A stretch of DNA of 64,000 nucleotides, from the IMG/VR virus record IMGVR_UViG_3300024983_000001, positions 72,745 through 136,744 of that record; one strand, given 5' to 3'. The DNA is from a virus. A program made the position numbers and the translations under genes. Numbering within the stretch: position 1 is the stretch's first letter; each line of letters opens with the position of its first letter. Positions 47,866-57,572 of this stretch are shown one piece after another. The notes under the pieces are model-generated. The model ran no database searches, was not told the DNA's origin, and saw only the letters and a list, made by a program, of their open reading frames with translations.

Positions 47866-48264
47866 TTACGTGAGACCCCAATCGTGTTTACCAGCCATCC
47901 GTTCTTTGAGTGCTTGTGACATGTTGTCAACTTCAATACCCAAAGAATCTTCTTCATCGATATTTGCCCTGATATCAACCGCGATATTTTGTGCATATTG
48001 GGGGTCATATTCTGTCAACATGTCGAGAAGTTCTTGTGAACGAATCTTACAATCGTTCACATGGCACATGGTATTCTTTCCCACTCTGTAGGTTATTCCC
48101 ATCTCAAAATCCACTTGATGGCTTTCTTGCGGGAACCTTTCGTCGTATTCATTGATAATGATCGTGTCATTAAAACCAAACAGGTCGACCCGAACCAACA
48201 TACCGTATTCGAGCAGCAGAACATTGAGTCCAGTTTTGAGGCATTTCCCGTCGTTATGAATCAC
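47866..48264 (-). CDS. Early hypothetical protein
   Basis: AAGGA SD. Confidence 0.6.
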   Translation of the reverse strand: MIHNDGKCLKTGLNVLLLEYGMLVRVDLFGFNDTIIINEYDERFPQESHQVDFEMGITYRVGKNTMCHVNDCKIRSQELLDMLTEYDPQYAQNIAVDIRANIDEEDSLGIEVDNMSQALKERMAGKHDWGLT

Positions 48265-48281
48265 AATTTTGTCCTTTTGTT

Positions 48282-48494
48282 TTATCGAGTGGGAGTCGGA
48301 ATGGAAGTAAAAAATCCAACGTCGGCCGATTCGAAATTCGCTACCTCGCTCGGAAGGTCCACGTACTCGTCGAAGTTGTCAGTGAAAGAGCGGAGCGTTG
48401 CTTGGGCTTCATTTTCAATCACTTCCTGATCTTCAAGAGAAGGATCGTAGTCCACGACAAGTGCCACAGTAAAAATCATCGTCATCCGTTTCAT
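48282..48494 (-). CDS. Early acidic protein
   Basis: AAGGA SD. Confidence 0.6.
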   Translation of the reverse strand: MKRMTMIFTVALVVDYDPSLEDQEVIENEAQATLRSFTDNFDEYVDLPSEVANFESADVGFFTSIPTPTR

Positions 48495-48521
48495 GTCATT
48501 TTCCTTTTCAAAAATCCACTT

Positions 48522-48722
48522 TTATTCATCCAGGTATTGATCGATTGCGGCCATAATCTTACCAGCTTGGTCGCGTGTCAGACCACAAATCACCTGCCGT
48601 TGCCAACCGTTCGTGGTCAATTCGATTGTAACACGACGTGGATTAACATCGTCCGGTCGCACCCTGACGTCGAATTTTTCGATGCTGCGTTGCTTGTAAT
48701 AAGCATCATTATCCGAGCTCAT
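48522..48722 (-). CDS. Early hypothetical protein
   Basis: GGAGG SD, ATGA overlap. Confidence 0.6.
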   Translation of the reverse strand: MSSDNDAYYKQRSIEKFDVRVRPDDVNPRRVTIELTTNGWQRQVICGLTRDQAGKIMAAIDQYLDE

Positions 48723-48979
48723 TCCGCACCTCCGTGTAATTTTGCAGCGATCGATTCTTTCCATTCGGAAATGTTCAGGTCACTGATCCAGTTGAAGATC
48801 GCTTCGAGTGCCCCAGGATTATCCTGGAGAAAATCATCCATGTCAGAATAACCGATAGCGTTGATAACTTTGGTGATATTCCTTACGCCGCGAGCTCCTT
48901 CCAGGGAATAGAGCTTTTCCTGGTCGATGTATTCGTTAAGCAATTCGCCGAGGTCTTTGTCTTCGATGTCGATCGCCAT
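48719..48979 (-). CDS. Early acidic protein
   Basis: FLQDNPGALEAI. Confidence 0.7.
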   Translation of the reverse strand: MAIDIEDKDLGELLNEYIDQEKLYSLEGARGVRNITKVINAIGYSDMDDFLQDNPGALEAIFNWISDLNISEWKESIAAKLHGGAE

Positions 48980-49038
48980 TTCTGTTCCTTTGTTTGACGG
49001 TGAAGACATTATCCACCATTTAGGGTAATAGTCAACGA

Positions 49039-49239
49039 CTATTTGATTTCCGCCTGCTTATAATTAGCACACTTTTTGGCCATCCAAATAGGATCAAAGT
49101 TGAATGGGTAAAAGAACCACCCGTTTCGAATTCCATGTGGATTGCCAGTCATTTCAGGGTCAGGATTGTCACATTGGATATGTGCGTCACCCGGAATGCT
49201 GCGTTTGAATTCACAACTATAACAGTTTTTGGAGTTCAT
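49039..49239 (-). CDS. Small Cys-rich protein
   Basis: CYSC..IPGDAH..GWFFYPFNFDPIW. Confidence 0.7.
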   Translation of the reverse strand: MNSKNCYSCEFKRSIPGDAHIQCDNPDPEMTGNPHGIRNGWFFYPFNFDPIWMAKKCANYKQAEIK

Positions 49240-49265
49240 GGTATGCTCACAGAGAGTTGAAACAA

Positions 49266-49424
49266 TTACTCGTCAAAATCTTTTGAAATTCTGATAGCTT
49301 CGTCGTAACCTTCCCAGTTGTCAACGCCAGCTGCTTCGAGTGCTGACAGAAAATCAGAATCTTTCATCAAAGATTCGTATTCATCTTTGGTCAGCGTGAC
49401 CGAACCATCTTCGTGTTCTACCAT
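49266..49424 (-). CDS. Small acidic protein with FLSALEAAGVDNWEGY motif
   Basis: Not in ORF track; GAGGAG SD. Confidence 0.7.
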   Translation of the reverse strand: MVEHEDGSVTLTKDEYESLMKDSDFLSALEAAGVDNWEGYDEAIRISKDFDE

Positions 49425-49446
49425 TTACTTCTCCTCAATCAAGTGG

Positions 49447-49523
<77 letters not shown>

Positions 49524-49528
49524 AGAAT

Positions 49529-49696
49529 TTAATCAAGTGTCATGAAATCGTCGTTGATATCAACAAACGCATTGAACGACTCGTTGCATTCGGGACAAGT
49601 AATAATTATGTCCAGTTTGTTTTCATCATGAGCTGCTTCCGTGACAGTCATATCAAGAGATACAACTATTTCGCCACCACACTGAGGACATTTCAT
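49529..49696 (-). CDS. Small Zn-ribbon protein
   Basis: MKCPQCGG..CPEC. Confidence 0.65.
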   Translation of the reverse strand: MKCPQCGGEIVVSLDMTVTEAAHDENKLDIIITCPECNESFNAFVDINDDFMTLD

Positions 49697-50040
49697 TTGT
49701 CAGTTCCTTCAAATTTTTTACGAAGAGCTTCATAGGTTTTGCGTTCCTGTTCCAGGAGGCGTGCGGCGACTGCTTGGCGCTGCCGCTCTCGTTCAGCTTC
49801 TTTGCGTACTGCAATACCTTCAATATACTCTGAAACGGTAGTTGTGTCAACTTCTGTTTCAACGACTTCGAAAGTAACAACCACACTGTCTTTGTATGCG
49901 CTTGTATTACCCAATTGATTTAGATGGCTGGTAACGTGGCCACGATTGCGCCAGATTTTTCCCTTCTTGGTAAACTGAGGATACATGCCACCCGTCGAGA
50001 ACAACCCATCACCGCGGCGAATTTTATAAATGGTTTCCAT
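49693..50040 (-). CDS. Early hypothetical protein
   Basis: METIYKI..FSTGG..KKGKIW. Confidence 0.7.
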   Translation of the reverse strand: METIYKIRRGDGLFSTGGMYPQFTKKGKIWRNRGHVTSHLNQLGNTSAYKDSVVVTFEVVETEVDTTTVSEYIEGIAVRKEAERERQRQAVAARLLEQERKTYEALRKKFEGTDK

Positions 50041-50050
50041 TCCTAGTAAT

Positions 50051-50305
50051 TTACTCCGCAATACCTTCAGTGTAGACGATTTGTTTTGCCGACTCAAGTT
50101 GCTGTACTCGCAAGATGACATCGCTTCCATTGACCGGCAACACAATGGTGTTATCGGGGTATTGCATTGACAGCTTGAGCCCCTCTTCCAGCCGCTCGGT
50201 ATCGGCTCGCGTAAACAGCTCATCGGGCGACAGGGGATCGGACATGTAGTCAACGCCTGTTGCTGTTCGAATCGCCCACTTGACTTGATAGATAGCCTTA
50301 TTCAT
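50051..50305 (-). CDS. Early hypothetical protein
   Basis: AAGGAG SD. Confidence 0.65.
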   Translation of the reverse strand: MNKAIYQVKWAIRTATGVDYMSDPLSPDELFTRADTERLEEGLKLSMQYPDNTIVLPVNGSDVILRVQQLESAKQIVYTEGIAE

Positions 50306-50338
50306 TTCTTGTCTCCTTACTAGTAAATTACAACCGCC

Positions 50339-50953
50339 TTACTTGGCGGCCGCAACACCCTTCTTCATGTTATACAGGTAGGTAGTGGCACCCGACTTCG
50401 ACATATCGAGCTGGTTCATGAACAGAGCGATGATCTCTTGGTTCGACTTACCAACATTGGCATCATAGATCGCTCGAGCAGCGTGTTGTTTAGCACCCTT
50501 CTTCGGTTTGATGATCTTGGTACCAATGAAAGTACGGCCGATCTTGATGTCTTCGACAGGCACAGTATCATCATAGCCTTTGGGGCCGATGTAGTTACCA
50601 TCTTCATCGAAATCAGATTTTGCCAGTTGTGAATAGTGGTCGGGATGAAGCCAAGGGAAATTCACAAAGAATTTCGAGGTCAATCCACGAGCCGTTTTCA
50701 GCACATCTTCAGCACCGAATGCGGTTCCTGCTGCATTCAGTTTGATCGCTTCGACAATCATGTAGCGGAACAGAATCTCCGCTTCCTTGTCAAATTCGGT
50801 TTTGGTTTCGATACCGAACATGTCTTTGATGAGGTTTTCAAAACGATTCTTCGACCACTTCTTTTCAGAAAAGGAGTTCGCAAAATGACCAGCTGCAGTC
50901 ACCGAACGGACATCGAAGTTTTGTTGTGCCAGGTTTTCAATGATTTGGTTCAT
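50339..50953 (-). CDS. Early protein with C-terminal HTH-like module
   Basis: FMNQLDMSKSGATTYLYN. Confidence 0.75.
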   Translation of the reverse strand: MNQIIENLAQQNFDVRSVTAAGHFANSFSEKKWSKNRFENLIKDMFGIETKTEFDKEAEILFRYMIVEAIKLNAAGTAFGAEDVLKTARGLTSKFFVNFPWLHPDHYSQLAKSDFDEDGNYIGPKGYDDTVPVEDIKIGRTFIGTKIIKPKKGAKQHAARAIYDANVGKSNQEIIALFMNQLDMSKSGATTYLYNMKKGVAAAK

Positions 50954-51024
50954 TTTGATCTGTCCTTATGTGTTGTCAGTCAATGAAGGCTATTATACCG
51001 ATTTGGACTAAAAGGTCAACGGTT

Positions 51025-51210
51025 TTAAACAGGCTCGTTGATATATTTGTACACTCCGTAAGCTACGTTCGGATCCGTTTGAGCCTTTTGAAGGGCATCA
51101 CGAGCTTCCCTGGCTCGATCTTTGTGATACCACACACCCTGGCCTTGCCATTGAGACACCCATCGCTCGCCAGTGTTACGATCTACACCACAAATGATGT
51201 ACATGTTCAT
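51025..51210 (-). CDS. Early hypothetical protein
   Basis: GGAG SD. Confidence 0.55.
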   Translation of the reverse strand: MNMYIICGVDRNTGERWVSQWQGQGVWYHKDRAREARDALQKAQTDPNVAYGVYKYINEPV

Positions 51211-51536
51211 TTAATGCTCCCGTATTTCTCCGTAAGACGAGCAAGTTCTGCGCGTTCACGTTCTTCGATTTTTTGCTGATTGATAACCCAACTACCCACA
51301 CGTGCTTCATATTCGCTATCAGTTTCCGGACGATGAACATTCACGTTAAACGAATAAGTATCTTCCCACGCCGTGTGTTGTCCATAATCAAAACGCACCG
51401 TATCACCATGGCGTTCAATGAGATTTTGACACAGCTCGAGTAAGTTGGTTACTTTACCATCAAGGTCGTAACAACTATAATTATCAACCTTCTCAGTAAT
51501 CGTCAGCCGAGGCGGAGTTTTAACTTTTTTGCTCAT
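51207..51536 (-). CDS. Early hypothetical protein
   Basis: RPETDSEYEAR. Confidence 0.7.
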   Translation of the reverse strand: MSKKVKTPPRLTITEKVDNYSCYDLDGKVTNLLELCQNLIERHGDTVRFDYGQHTAWEDTYSFNVNVHRPETDSEYEARVGSWVINQQKIEERERAELARLTEKYGSIK

Positions 51537-51595
51537 ATTGTGTCCTTTGTTTTTAATAAAGGTATGGTAATCCCGTTTGACCCAAACGTCAACAA

Positions 51596-52381
51596 CTATT
51601 TGGTCAAATTGTAGTAGTACGTACGAGCCCCAGCCTGTGTCATATCAAGCTGGCTCATGAACGCTTCAACAACAGTTTTCTGGGATGCATTGTGCATTGA
51701 TGCAAGGATGCCACGAGCACGCTCAATTTTAGTGCCGTTGGTGGATGCAACGGCTTTCTTTTTCACGACAGGTGTAGGTGCCGGTTTTACGACCATGCTG
51801 TTGATACTATTAGCCGAAACCAAAACTTGCTTACACACCCTACACGTATAACGCGCATTGAACAGAGAAATCTTGTTATGCACCTTTGCACCAACCTTGT
51901 GGTGACCAACCCCACAACCACATGAGTAGTTGAATTTCTTAAAGGTTTTTTCAACCTTGGAGTTAGTGACGTCATAACTGTGGCATCGCGTAATATCTTT
52001 CACGCCCAAAACGCGCATAATTTCCTGCCAATACCGACCATGTACATCACGTTTGGTGCGCTTCCATCTACCAGTTCGAGACATAACGATGTCGGTTTCA
52101 TGTGCCTGGGGATAAATTTTGTCGCAGGCCAAGTGTGCAAGTTCGTGCGGAACGGTGCGTGCCAAAAAAACATCAACGTTTTCATTCAACAACACAGCAT
52201 TGTAATTGACAGTCCATTTGCGGTAATCTGCCCTGCCGCCTGTAGTACCACGTAGTGTGTACAGAACTTTCGGCATTTCAAGTTCAACGCCATAGTGTTT
52301 TTCGAGTTTCGCAATACCTTCCAGCAGAATCTTGTTGATTCGGGTATACAGGTCGTATGACACCACTTGCTTGTTGTTCAT
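51596..52381 (-). CDS. sprT: SprT-like zinc metalloprotease
   Basis: TVPHELAH, HGRYWQEIM, RCHSY, YSCGC..H, CRVC. Confidence 0.88.
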   Translation of the reverse strand: MNNKQVVSYDLYTRINKILLEGIAKLEKHYGVELEMPKVLYTLRGTTGGRADYRKWTVNYNAVLLNENVDVFLARTVPHELAHLACDKIYPQAHETDIVMSRTGRWKRTKRDVHGRYWQEIMRVLGVKDITRCHSYDVTNSKVEKTFKKFNYSCGCGVGHHKVGAKVHNKISLFNARYTCRVCKQVLVSANSINSMVVKPAPTPVVKKKAVASTNGTKIERARGILASMHNASQKTVVEAFMSQLDMTQAGARTYYYNLTK

Positions 52382-52406
52382 GCTTGATCTCCGTTGTTGA
52401 TAGAGA

Positions 52407-52467
52407 TCATTATCCACATTTGGGTTAAAAGGTCAACTGTTGACATTACCCAAATTGTTTGTATAAT
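52407..52467. promoter_or_regulatory. Back-to-back divergent early promoters (strand switch point)
   Basis: Minus TTGACC..GATAAT and plus TTGACA-16 bp-TATAAT around GTCAACTGTTGAC. Confidence 0.8.
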
Positions 52468-52493
52468 GGCTTTAAATAATTGAAAGGATTAAA

Positions 52494-52649
52494 ATGAAAT
52501 ATCTCGTTACTTTTGTGGGAGTAGTTTCGTGGTTAGCGGGTGTGGTATTGGCAAAAGCTGGCTGGCTATCTGCCGCAGCATTCGTGATGCCGGTATATGC
52601 CTGGTACCTTGTCGTTGCAAAGGTTATGGCACATTTAGGTTGGGCGTAA
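52494..52649 (+). CDS. Small membrane protein
   Basis: Not in ORF track; AAGGA SD; hydrophobic. Confidence 0.65.
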   Translation: MKYLVTFVGVVSWLAGVVLAKAGWLSAAAFVMPVYAWYLVVAKVMAHLGWA

Positions 52650-52650
52650 A

Positions 52651-53127
52651 ATGAAACCAGTGAAAGTATTTTGGGACTTGGAAGAAACGTGCATCACATC
52701 ATGGGATGAGGGTTTACTTTGCAACGTCTCGAAGCTGCGTAAATGGGTGGCTGACAATCATGTGACCGAGGTTACTGTATTCTCTGCAGCGGTGTATGAT
52801 GAGCGCGATAAGGAAGTTTTTAACAGAGACTTCAAACAAATGCTCGAGAGTGCATTTGGTGTAACGGTTGTTGATTGCTTGACTTACGATGACGTTCGCC
52901 GGGTGGTGTGTAAAGAGCACCGCATGCAACTCGATCTACACGAATTTATCTCATTGTGGGGTAAGCAACGTGGCTTCCACGATTACTGTATGGCGACAAT
53001 GACTGATTGCATAGCTGTGCTTGTTGATGATTGTGTTGGCGACATGACTACCGTGTTCCATGACAAGAATTTGACGGTTGAGCTTGTGCGGATGGCATTC
53101 GGCAAACTACCCAGAAATGTGTGTTGA
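52651..53127 (+). CDS. HAD-like hydrolase
   Basis: VFWDLEET, VFSAA, K, VLVDD. Confidence 0.65.
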   Translation: MKPVKVFWDLEETCITSWDEGLLCNVSKLRKWVADNHVTEVTVFSAAVYDERDKEVFNRDFKQMLESAFGVTVVDCLTYDDVRRVVCKEHRMQLDLHEFISLWGKQRGFHDYCMATMTDCIAVLVDDCVGDMTTVFHDKNLTVELVRMAFGKLPRNVC

Positions 53128-53177
53128 CCTAAATTATTTTTGTTGTACAATAGGGTCAAGTTAAATAAGGATTCATC

Positions 53178-53390
53178 ATGGAACCAAATGCCGATGAAGC
53201 AACGAAAGTGTTTGCAGAACTAGATAGAGTTAATGAAATCATGCTCGACAAAGAGGTTCTTAGGATAGTTAGATCCAATGCCGGCAAAACAGGGAAAGCT
53301 GTCATGAAAATTCTGCAAAAGGAATTGCCCGATGTTTCGATACAGGAGTTGGTTGAATCGGTCAACAGGTTGTTGGAAGCTACAAAATGA
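53178..53390 (+). CDS. Early hypothetical protein
   Basis: AAGGA SD. Confidence 0.6.
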   Translation: MEPNADEATKVFAELDRVNEIMLDKEVLRIVRSNAGKTGKAVMKILQKELPDVSIQELVESVNRLLEATK

Positions 53391-53614
53391 AGACCTCCGA
53401 TTTTGAACAAGCTGTCGCCGACACGCCCAACTATGTGGCGGTGTTTGCTATCGTCAACGCAACGGCTATGCCTGATTGGTTGCAACCGTATGCAGCCCCA
53501 GGCGACGAGCTAATTTGGCGCCCGTGGGAGAATTCGTTTTACCACGTAGCTTCTCGAAAGCTTATTGATGTTGCGCCTTCGTACGTTAAATTCGTTGAGT
53601 ATCGCCAAATCTAG
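53387..53614 (+). CDS. Early hypothetical protein
   Basis: ATGA overlap. Confidence 0.6.
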   Translation: MKTSDFEQAVADTPNYVAVFAIVNATAMPDWLQPYAAPGDELIWRPWENSFYHVASRKLIDVAPSYVKFVEYRQI

Positions 53615-53617
53615 GCG

Positions 53618-53645
53618 TTGACTTTTGACCCTAATGTTGTATAAT
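53618..53645 (+). promoter_or_regulatory. Early promoter (representative, rightward arm)
   Basis: TTGACT-TTTGACCCTAATGTTG-TATAAT; similar copies at 54993, 56068, 57267, 63630. Confidence 0.8.
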
Positions 53646-53676
53646 GACTTCACCGTCAAACAACGAAGGAAGTAAC

Positions 53677-54282
53677 ATGAGATTGTATGAGATCGAAGAA
53701 GAATCCAAATGGCACATTCAGCTCAAAGAGATTGAAAACGCTGAAGATGCAGGTGATGAGTTCTTCACCGAAGATGAGTTGAAGGAAACTTTAGGTGTGA
53801 GTTATATTAGCACTTATTCGGCTACGATCAAAAGTAATGCAATCATCGAAGTCCTTCAGTCACTGAAGGCTGAAATGAAACAAAAGGTAAAGAAATCAAT
53901 CATCATTGAAGATGATGAGTTTGTTGACTTTCTTCAAGATCGTGGCATTGCTGTTTCGGATTATGTGAAAGGACTTCGTCGGGTTGGTAACCGCTTGTCT
54001 TTGCATGAAAAAACTGAACGCAAAGTTGCGAAAAAAAGTGATGCTCAATCGTTGATTTCATTGGGATTTGCTGCCTTGAACAAAGGTGTCAAATACAACA
54101 TTGACGTGAAATATGCATACGAAGATTATGCAAGTGTTATTCGAATCCTGCAGAAACTGGTAACTTGGGAACAAATGGTGGAACATGCAAATGGTGTTTC
54201 TTATGAATATGAAGGTTGGAGGAATGCTCTTGACTTCATGAAACAAGTGTGGGATGAGCCTGATATGTTTCAAAAAGATTGA
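53677..54282 (+). CDS. Early hypothetical protein
   Basis: AAGGA SD before MRLYEI. Confidence 0.7.
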   Translation: MRLYEIEEESKWHIQLKEIENAEDAGDEFFTEDELKETLGVSYISTYSATIKSNAIIEVLQSLKAEMKQKVKKSIIIEDDEFVDFLQDRGIAVSDYVKGLRRVGNRLSLHEKTERKVAKKSDAQSLISLGFAALNKGVKYNIDVKYAYEDYASVIRILQKLVTWEQMVEHANGVSYEYEGWRNALDFMKQVWDEPDMFQKD

Positions 54283-54368
54283 CCCTAATTGTTGACTTAC
54301 TGCAAAAAACCTGTAGAATAGTCTTTGTTGTGAGAGCAACACCACCTAACTAAACGGAGATTTACAAA

Positions 54369-54947
54369 ATGGCAAACGATCTGATGACTGCAATGACGAC
54401 TGATGTGAATGTGGGTATGGACGAAGTCGTTTCTGTGTTTGTTTCGAAATATGAAGATGGTCTTTTCCTGAAGAAAGATGAACTTTCGGCAAAAATCAAA
54501 ACTGCCAAACGTGATATTGATGATCTGCAGAAGGCTGTTGTGGCTTCGGTTGATCAGGATCAGTATGAAACCACCATTCCTGTGGTTGGTCTGTTCACCA
54601 AAGTGACTGGTGTGGATGTGAAGTGGGAAGGTACGTATCAAAACAAAAAGCCTGTCATTCAAGTGAATGTTGGTGTGTTTGATGAAAAAAGTGAACGTGA
54701 CTATGCCTCTTTCACCAAAACCTTTTTGTTCGACATTGCCAAAGAAGATGTTTCGTTGAACAATTCTTTGAAACAAGAATTGGAAGGTTTGAATGCTGAA
54801 TTGGTCGAAGTGATGGGACAGATCAAATCTGTTGGTCGCAAAGAACGTCAGATTCGTGGCAAAATCAGCGAAATGAAACTGGAACAGAGTGGTTATTCTG
54901 GTCTGTTGGAAAATCCTGAAATGTTGAAGTTGGTTCAACTGAACTAA
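54369..54947 (+). CDS. Coiled-coil protein
   Basis: GGAG SD, strong codon bias, terminator downstream. Confidence 0.8.
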   Translation: MANDLMTAMTTDVNVGMDEVVSVFVSKYEDGLFLKKDELSAKIKTAKRDIDDLQKAVVASVDQDQYETTIPVVGLFTKVTGVDVKWEGTYQNKKPVIQVNVGVFDEKSERDYASFTKTFLFDIAKEDVSLNNSLKQELEGLNAELVEVMGQIKSVGRKERQIRGKISEMKLEQSGYSGLLENPEMLKLVQLN

Positions 54948-55036
54948 AGGAAAAGGAAGGAGGAGAGAAATCTCCTCTTTTCTTTTAACCGGTTGACTTT
55001 TGACCCAATAGTTGTATAATAACTTCACGGTCACAA

Positions 55037-55390
55037 ATGGAGCAAGACATGTGGTACATCATGAAGGGCTATCACTACGACGCCAAGAAAGTGTCAATCG
55101 CTGACATTATCAAGGAAGAGCGTGGTAACTTCTCAATCATCATCTGTCAGCGTGAGTCTGGCTACGACAAAATGACTCCCACCTTTCTCATTTCACACGG
55201 CAACGAAATGGATGAGGAACTTGGTGCAACGCGTTATACCCAAGATACTGGCAATGGCTACAAACGTCGTGGATGGTTGTTACGAATTGAGAATATCATC
55301 TATGTCGACAAAGATGGTGTCATTACTCACACAGTGAACGATATCGGGTTGGACGTGGATGAAGAGCGTACCCCTTGGGTGTGCAAATAA
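55037..55390 (+). CDS. Early hypothetical protein
   Basis: ORF track; start may be 55049. Confidence 0.65.
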   Translation: MEQDMWYIMKGYHYDAKKVSIADIIKEERGNFSIIICQRESGYDKMTPTFLISHGNEMDEELGATRYTQDTGNGYKRRGWLLRIENIIYVDKDGVITHTVNDIGLDVDEERTPWVCK

Positions 55391-55399
55391 ATCGAGGGT

Positions 55400-55588
55400 G
55401 TGATCATGGGTCAGTATGAAACAATTCAGCAGTATTGGAAGTACGCTAATGAAACACGTAACATTGGACTTGAACCAATGACGTTTAAGCAGTACACTGA
55501 TTACATCGCACAATGCAAAGTGTATGCCGACCTGGAAGCGACGATGCTGAAAGAGTTGGTTTCTCAAATTACGAGGCAGACAAGCTGA
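55400..55588 (+). CDS. Early hypothetical protein
   Basis: GAGG SD. Confidence 0.6.
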   Translation: MIMGQYETIQQYWKYANETRNIGLEPMTFKQYTDYIAQCKVYADLEATMLKELVSQITRQTS

Positions 55589-55589
55589 A

Positions 55590-55802
55590 ATGACAACAGA
55601 TTTGAAACGGTGCACGCTCGGCGTTGTCGTAAAGTATAATCCTGCCTGGCGTGATGCAAACGATTCCAAGCCGTTGGATTGGGAGCTGGGGCATGTGATG
55701 GGGTTTGCTCGCAACAGCACAGATGAAATCATCCTCAAGATTCAAACAGATCGTGAGGAGATCGTATCGATTCATCCAGTTCATGTTCAGTTGGATTGGT
55801 AA
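55590..55802 (+). CDS. Early hypothetical protein
   Basis: Follows upstream stop. Confidence 0.6.
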   Translation: MTTDLKRCTLGVVVKYNPAWRDANDSKPLDWELGHVMGFARNSTDEIILKIQTDREEIVSIHPVHVQLDW

Positions 55803-55839
55803 CCGCCAACATTTTTAATATCAACTATCTAAAGGAAGA

Positions 55840-56055
55840 TTGATTATGCCTTCACAATTTTGTGTAAAATATGATGGGGAAGTTGAATGGCTTCCGTTTA
55901 CGCGCCGACATCTCGCTGAAATCACGGGTGAGCCTGTTCCGCCCAACAAGGATTATGAAGAGAGTGTTGAGTTGACCAGCGACCAAGCGTGGGATCTGAT
56001 CGATAAGTGGAACGAAATCGCCGCACCTCACGATGGCGCGAAGTACTCGCTCTGA
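55840..56055 (+). CDS. Early hypothetical protein
   Basis: AAGGA SD. Confidence 0.6.
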   Translation: MIMPSQFCVKYDGEVEWLPFTRRHLAEITGEPVPPNKDYEESVELTSDQAWDLIDKWNEIAAPHDGAKYSL

Positions 56056-56124
56056 AGGGAACTTTCGTTGACATTATACCCTAAATGGGTATAATGAAAT
56101 CATCGAAGAGCAAAAGGGAATAGA

Positions 56125-56493
56125 ATGTTTACGCGACTGAAAGGCGATCGTCGGGCTAGCGGTGGATTGATCATCGAATTGCCGTTCCTTACCTGCAAAC
56201 GGATGGCTGAAGTGTTTGGTCGTGGGGCAGGATTGTCAACGCAGAAAAAGGAAAAATATTCCAACAGTATTAGTGTCCATCACCAAGAAACTGGTGAAGA
56301 TCTGTGGTTATACATGTCGTTTGGTGAATGGCGCATTGGAGGTGACTCAAATTGTTCCGTTCTGGGTGAATTGATGGAACTGCTTTGTCCAGTCGAGTAC
56401 AAGGGATTTGGTGCTTTGTCTCCACGCACCATCCGTGAAGGTTGTACACACGGTGTTCCTGATGAAGCGTTGCAAAAGCTTTGTGGTCTGTAA
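56125..56493 (+). CDS. Early hypothetical protein
   Basis: Own promoter. Confidence 0.65.
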   Translation: MFTRLKGDRRASGGLIIELPFLTCKRMAEVFGRGAGLSTQKKEKYSNSISVHHQETGEDLWLYMSFGEWRIGGDSNCSVLGELMELLCPVEYKGFGALSPRTIREGCTHGVPDEALQKLCGL

Positions 56494-56517
56494 TTTTTGA
56501 AATAAGAGGTGAGTATC

Positions 56518-56655
56518 ATGGCAAGTAAGGACAAACGTCACAACAAAGATCTGAACGCGGATCGTCGCGAAAATCGTCTTGCGAAACTGGCTCGTAAGAG
56601 TCAGGATGCAAAATCACAGAAAAGGATGCGGAATCGTGAACAAGACTACATGTGA
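56518..56655 (+). CDS. Small basic protein
   Basis: Not in ORF track; GAGGTGA SD; MASKDKRHNK.. Confidence 0.6.
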   Translation: MASKDKRHNKDLNADRRENRLAKLARKSQDAKSQKRMRNREQDYM

Positions 56656-56656
56656 T

Positions 56657-56890
56657 GTGATCGATCTTACGGGGATTGATGAAGACACTTTCTCCCGCAT
56701 GCTTACGCTGTTTGTGGTTCAGCGACTGAGTGAATGTTCGCAAGACCAGTTCGACGATTATTACGCTCGGGGGCGCTCTGAAGGCATGTCAGATCGTGAA
56801 GCAACTGAGAATGGTTTGGTTATGGCCATCTTTAATGAGATGGTTATCCAGGTTGCTCAACAGCTCGTGAAGGATGCAGGAGATGTTTAA
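56657..56890 (+). CDS. Early hypothetical protein
   Basis: GTG after upstream stop. Confidence 0.55.
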   Translation: MIDLTGIDEDTFSRMLTLFVVQRLSECSQDQFDDYYARGRSEGMSDREATENGLVMAIFNEMVIQVAQQLVKDAGDV

Positions 56891-57110
56891 AAGACTCGAA
56901 CGACTTTTTAACTGGAAAAAATATCCAGGCTCCGTCTTTTACATTGCTCTGCCTCTTGCTACGGTGGCGTTTATGTTGTTATTTGCTAGGGCAATCCTGG
57001 AGTTAAAGATCCATGGTGACCCTTGGTTCCTGGTCATTGCCGCATGTGGAGTTGGGTTGCTTGTATTTGCACTTTGGCCCTTACGCAAAGAGATCATGAA
57101 GCATTTGTGA
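56874..57110 (+). CDS. Small membrane protein
   Basis: Two TM segments; AGGAG SD (start probably 56883). Confidence 0.65.
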   Translation: MQEMFKRLERLFNWKKYPGSVFYIALPLATVAFMLLFARAILELKIHGDPWFLVIAACGVGLLVFALWPLRKEIMKHL

Positions 57111-57329
57111 TAGACTAACATCTATCGTTGCCATGCCTTTTCATAGAAAAGTTTTATCATTTTTTGGTGGAACTTTTCTATTTTTTGTTTGTCTAAAAAA
57201 TGCACCCCAGTGCATCATGATAATTATACGGATTTTCTTCCTTATAACCCCCGAAAATAGTAGATGTTGACTTTTGTACCCTAATTAGATATAGTATCTT
57301 TAAGTCAAACAACTTCGAGAACTCCAAAA

Positions 57330-57572
57330 ATGTCCAGTGCCGTTACACTCGATACCGTTAAAGAAGGTGATGTGTTTCTTTCCGAGTGGCATATAATGGA
57401 ACCCAATCGTCGCTGGTTCTATATCTCCACCGTGATTAGCATGGAACCGATCTCAACTCGGTTTGGTGTTCCAGATCGAATCCTGGAAGTGGAAGTTGCT
57501 ACAAACGAAGGCCGTGTGATTGATAAAAGCAAAAAAATCTGGTTTAGCCAAGTTGTGAAGGGATTGGTATGA
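57330..57572 (+). CDS. Early hypothetical protein
   Basis: Own promoter. Confidence 0.6.
   Translation: MSSAVTLDTVKEGDVFLSEWHIMEPNRRWFYISTVISMEPISTRFGVPDRILEVEVATNEGRVIDKSKKIWFSQVVKGLV

Noticed and set aside
57109-57126. Fifth GATAGAC leader motif
   Set aside because: Here GATAGA is in a stem, not a loop, and no SD hairpin or gene follows.
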